Positions 62,893-64,000 of a DNA stretch of 64,000 nt are shown in pieces (positions within the stretch are counted from its first letter, which is position 1; each line of letters opens with the position of its first letter). The stretch is from assembly GCF_000143415.4 (NCBI RefSeq), contig NW_003314341.1, positions 584,394-648,393 of the forward strand, written 5' to 3'. Made by a program: the position numbers and the translations under genes. The notes beneath the pieces were generated by a model, which made no database searches, was not told where the DNA came from, and was given only the letters and a program-made list of their open reading frames with translations. The stretch comes from Selaginella moellendorffii. Lineage: Eukaryota; Plantae; Lycopodiophyta.

Positions 62893-63138
62893 TGTGAGGG
62901 CCAAGTGTACAGCTACAATGCCGTATACTAAAATTAGCATAGTGAGATTTTGGTAGGCATTGGATTAGTTTCAATCTGGACCACTCGCTCTTATATATAA
63001 ACTAGGGTTTTTGGGCTAATTGATATACACATTTTCTATATTCCCTTTTCATATTCCATGCACTCACATTAGTGGAAGTGAGGGGCACCTTTGATTGTCC
63101 CTAAGGAGTGCTTGGATTTGGGATTTTGGTTTAGAAAC
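62893..63138 (+). mobile_element. 5' LTR (62893-63068), PBS and leader of a third copy of the 175-bp-LTR gypsy family
   Basis: tgtgagggccaagtgtac...cactcaca followed by tagtggaagtgaggggcacc; matches the reverse complement of ~23895-24136. Confidence 0.9.
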
Positions 63139-64000
63139 TATGAGACACAAAATCCCAAGGCCCCAAAGTGGAGCTAGAAAGGTGCCATGTGGTAGTGGCT
63201 GAAGCGAAAACCAAACGAGTGTAACACGTTTGGACTAAAAGCTCCGACTTGAAAGGTCGAGAGCGGAAGTGGAACTCCCAACTAAGTGCTCAAGGAACAA
63301 GCACGAAACAAGCAATAAGTGAGTCTCTAGAAAAGGGACACAAGAGGACAAACACATGACACGTGGCAGAGTCCAAGATGGATTCGAGATGGAGTCTGAG
63401 ATGGAGTCCGAGATGGACCGAGATGGAGTCTGAGATGGAGTCCGAGATGGACTGAGACGGAGTCTGAGATGGAGTTTGAGATGGACCCAAGATGGAATCC
63501 GAGATGGAGTCTGAAAAGGACCCCAGATGGAGTCCAAGGTTGAGACCGAGACCGGGACTGGGACCGAGACCGAGGCTGAGGCCAAGACCAAGCCCAAGCT
63601 TGAGCCGGAGTCCGAGCCCGAGCCTGAGTCCGAGTCCGAGTCCGAGTTTGAAGTTTGAGTTTGAGAGGGTGAAAGCCCAAAGCGTTCGTCTCCTAGACCC
63701 TGGGGGGTTTGGTGAGCTCCAAAAGTATAATAAGGGGGAGGACTTCAGTGGAGCCAGTTTGGCCAGGAAAGGCCAGTTTGGCCCAGGAAGGCTATACTCA
63801 GTGTTGGGTGATGAGCTGCCCATTAGGAAGTCCAAGACTAGAGTGAACACAGACCGACAAGTGGGGTAGCTTGGTGAAGTGTTCAAGAGCCGGCTCTAGT
63901 TCCCCCAGGAGATTGACTGGCCAATGCTCCCAATCCAAGTGTGGGTGGCACTACCTACTTGGATACCAGGCGTGGCTCAACGAAACCTCGCTCTAAGCAT
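63139..64000 (+). mobile_element. Another LARD-family LTR inserted in the gypsy leader; runs off the window
   Basis: tatgagacacaaaatccc start, short minisatellite, colinear with 49187-50170. Confidence 0.9.

Overview
Eukaryotic land-plant nuclear DNA. Short introns (mostly ~50-100 nt), very small intergenic gaps, a tau-class GST and an intronless PLS-type PPR gene suggest a compact lycophyte genome such as Selaginella; this is an inference, not a database match. Two gene-dense blocks alternate with two LTR-retrotransposon nests. Block 1 (1-14.0 kb): R3H/G-patch protein, RING-CH E3, RZ-1, SPF27/MOS4, AP-2 sigma, CDC73, tau GST, TRM13, DUF1639 protein, AI-2E transporter. Block 2 (24.5-42.7 kb): PABP, two Gly/Ser-rich secreted proteins, SCP phosphatase, ankyrin protein, COG6, PP2C-D, an unknown protein, tRNA-Pro, TIPIN/Swi3, PPR, U11/U12-65K, F-box pseudogene. 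Nest 1 (14.2-24.2 kb): an old, internally inverted Ty3/gypsy carrying two nested 5S-rRNA-containing (Cassandra-like) solo LTRs, plus a young full-length copy of its own family that has a tRNA-Ala PBS and a candidate -1 frameshift pseudoknot. Nest 2 (43.3-64 kb): an old gypsy interrupted by copies of a non-coding LARD-like element with 1.6-1.9 kb minisatellite-bearing LTRs. Most notable: the 5S-promoter-bearing solo LTRs, repeated self-insertion by three different LTR families, the gag-pol frameshift signal, and a PPR gene flanked by a duplicated terminal exon of the U11/U12-65K gene. Exon boundaries were inferred by eye from splice signals.
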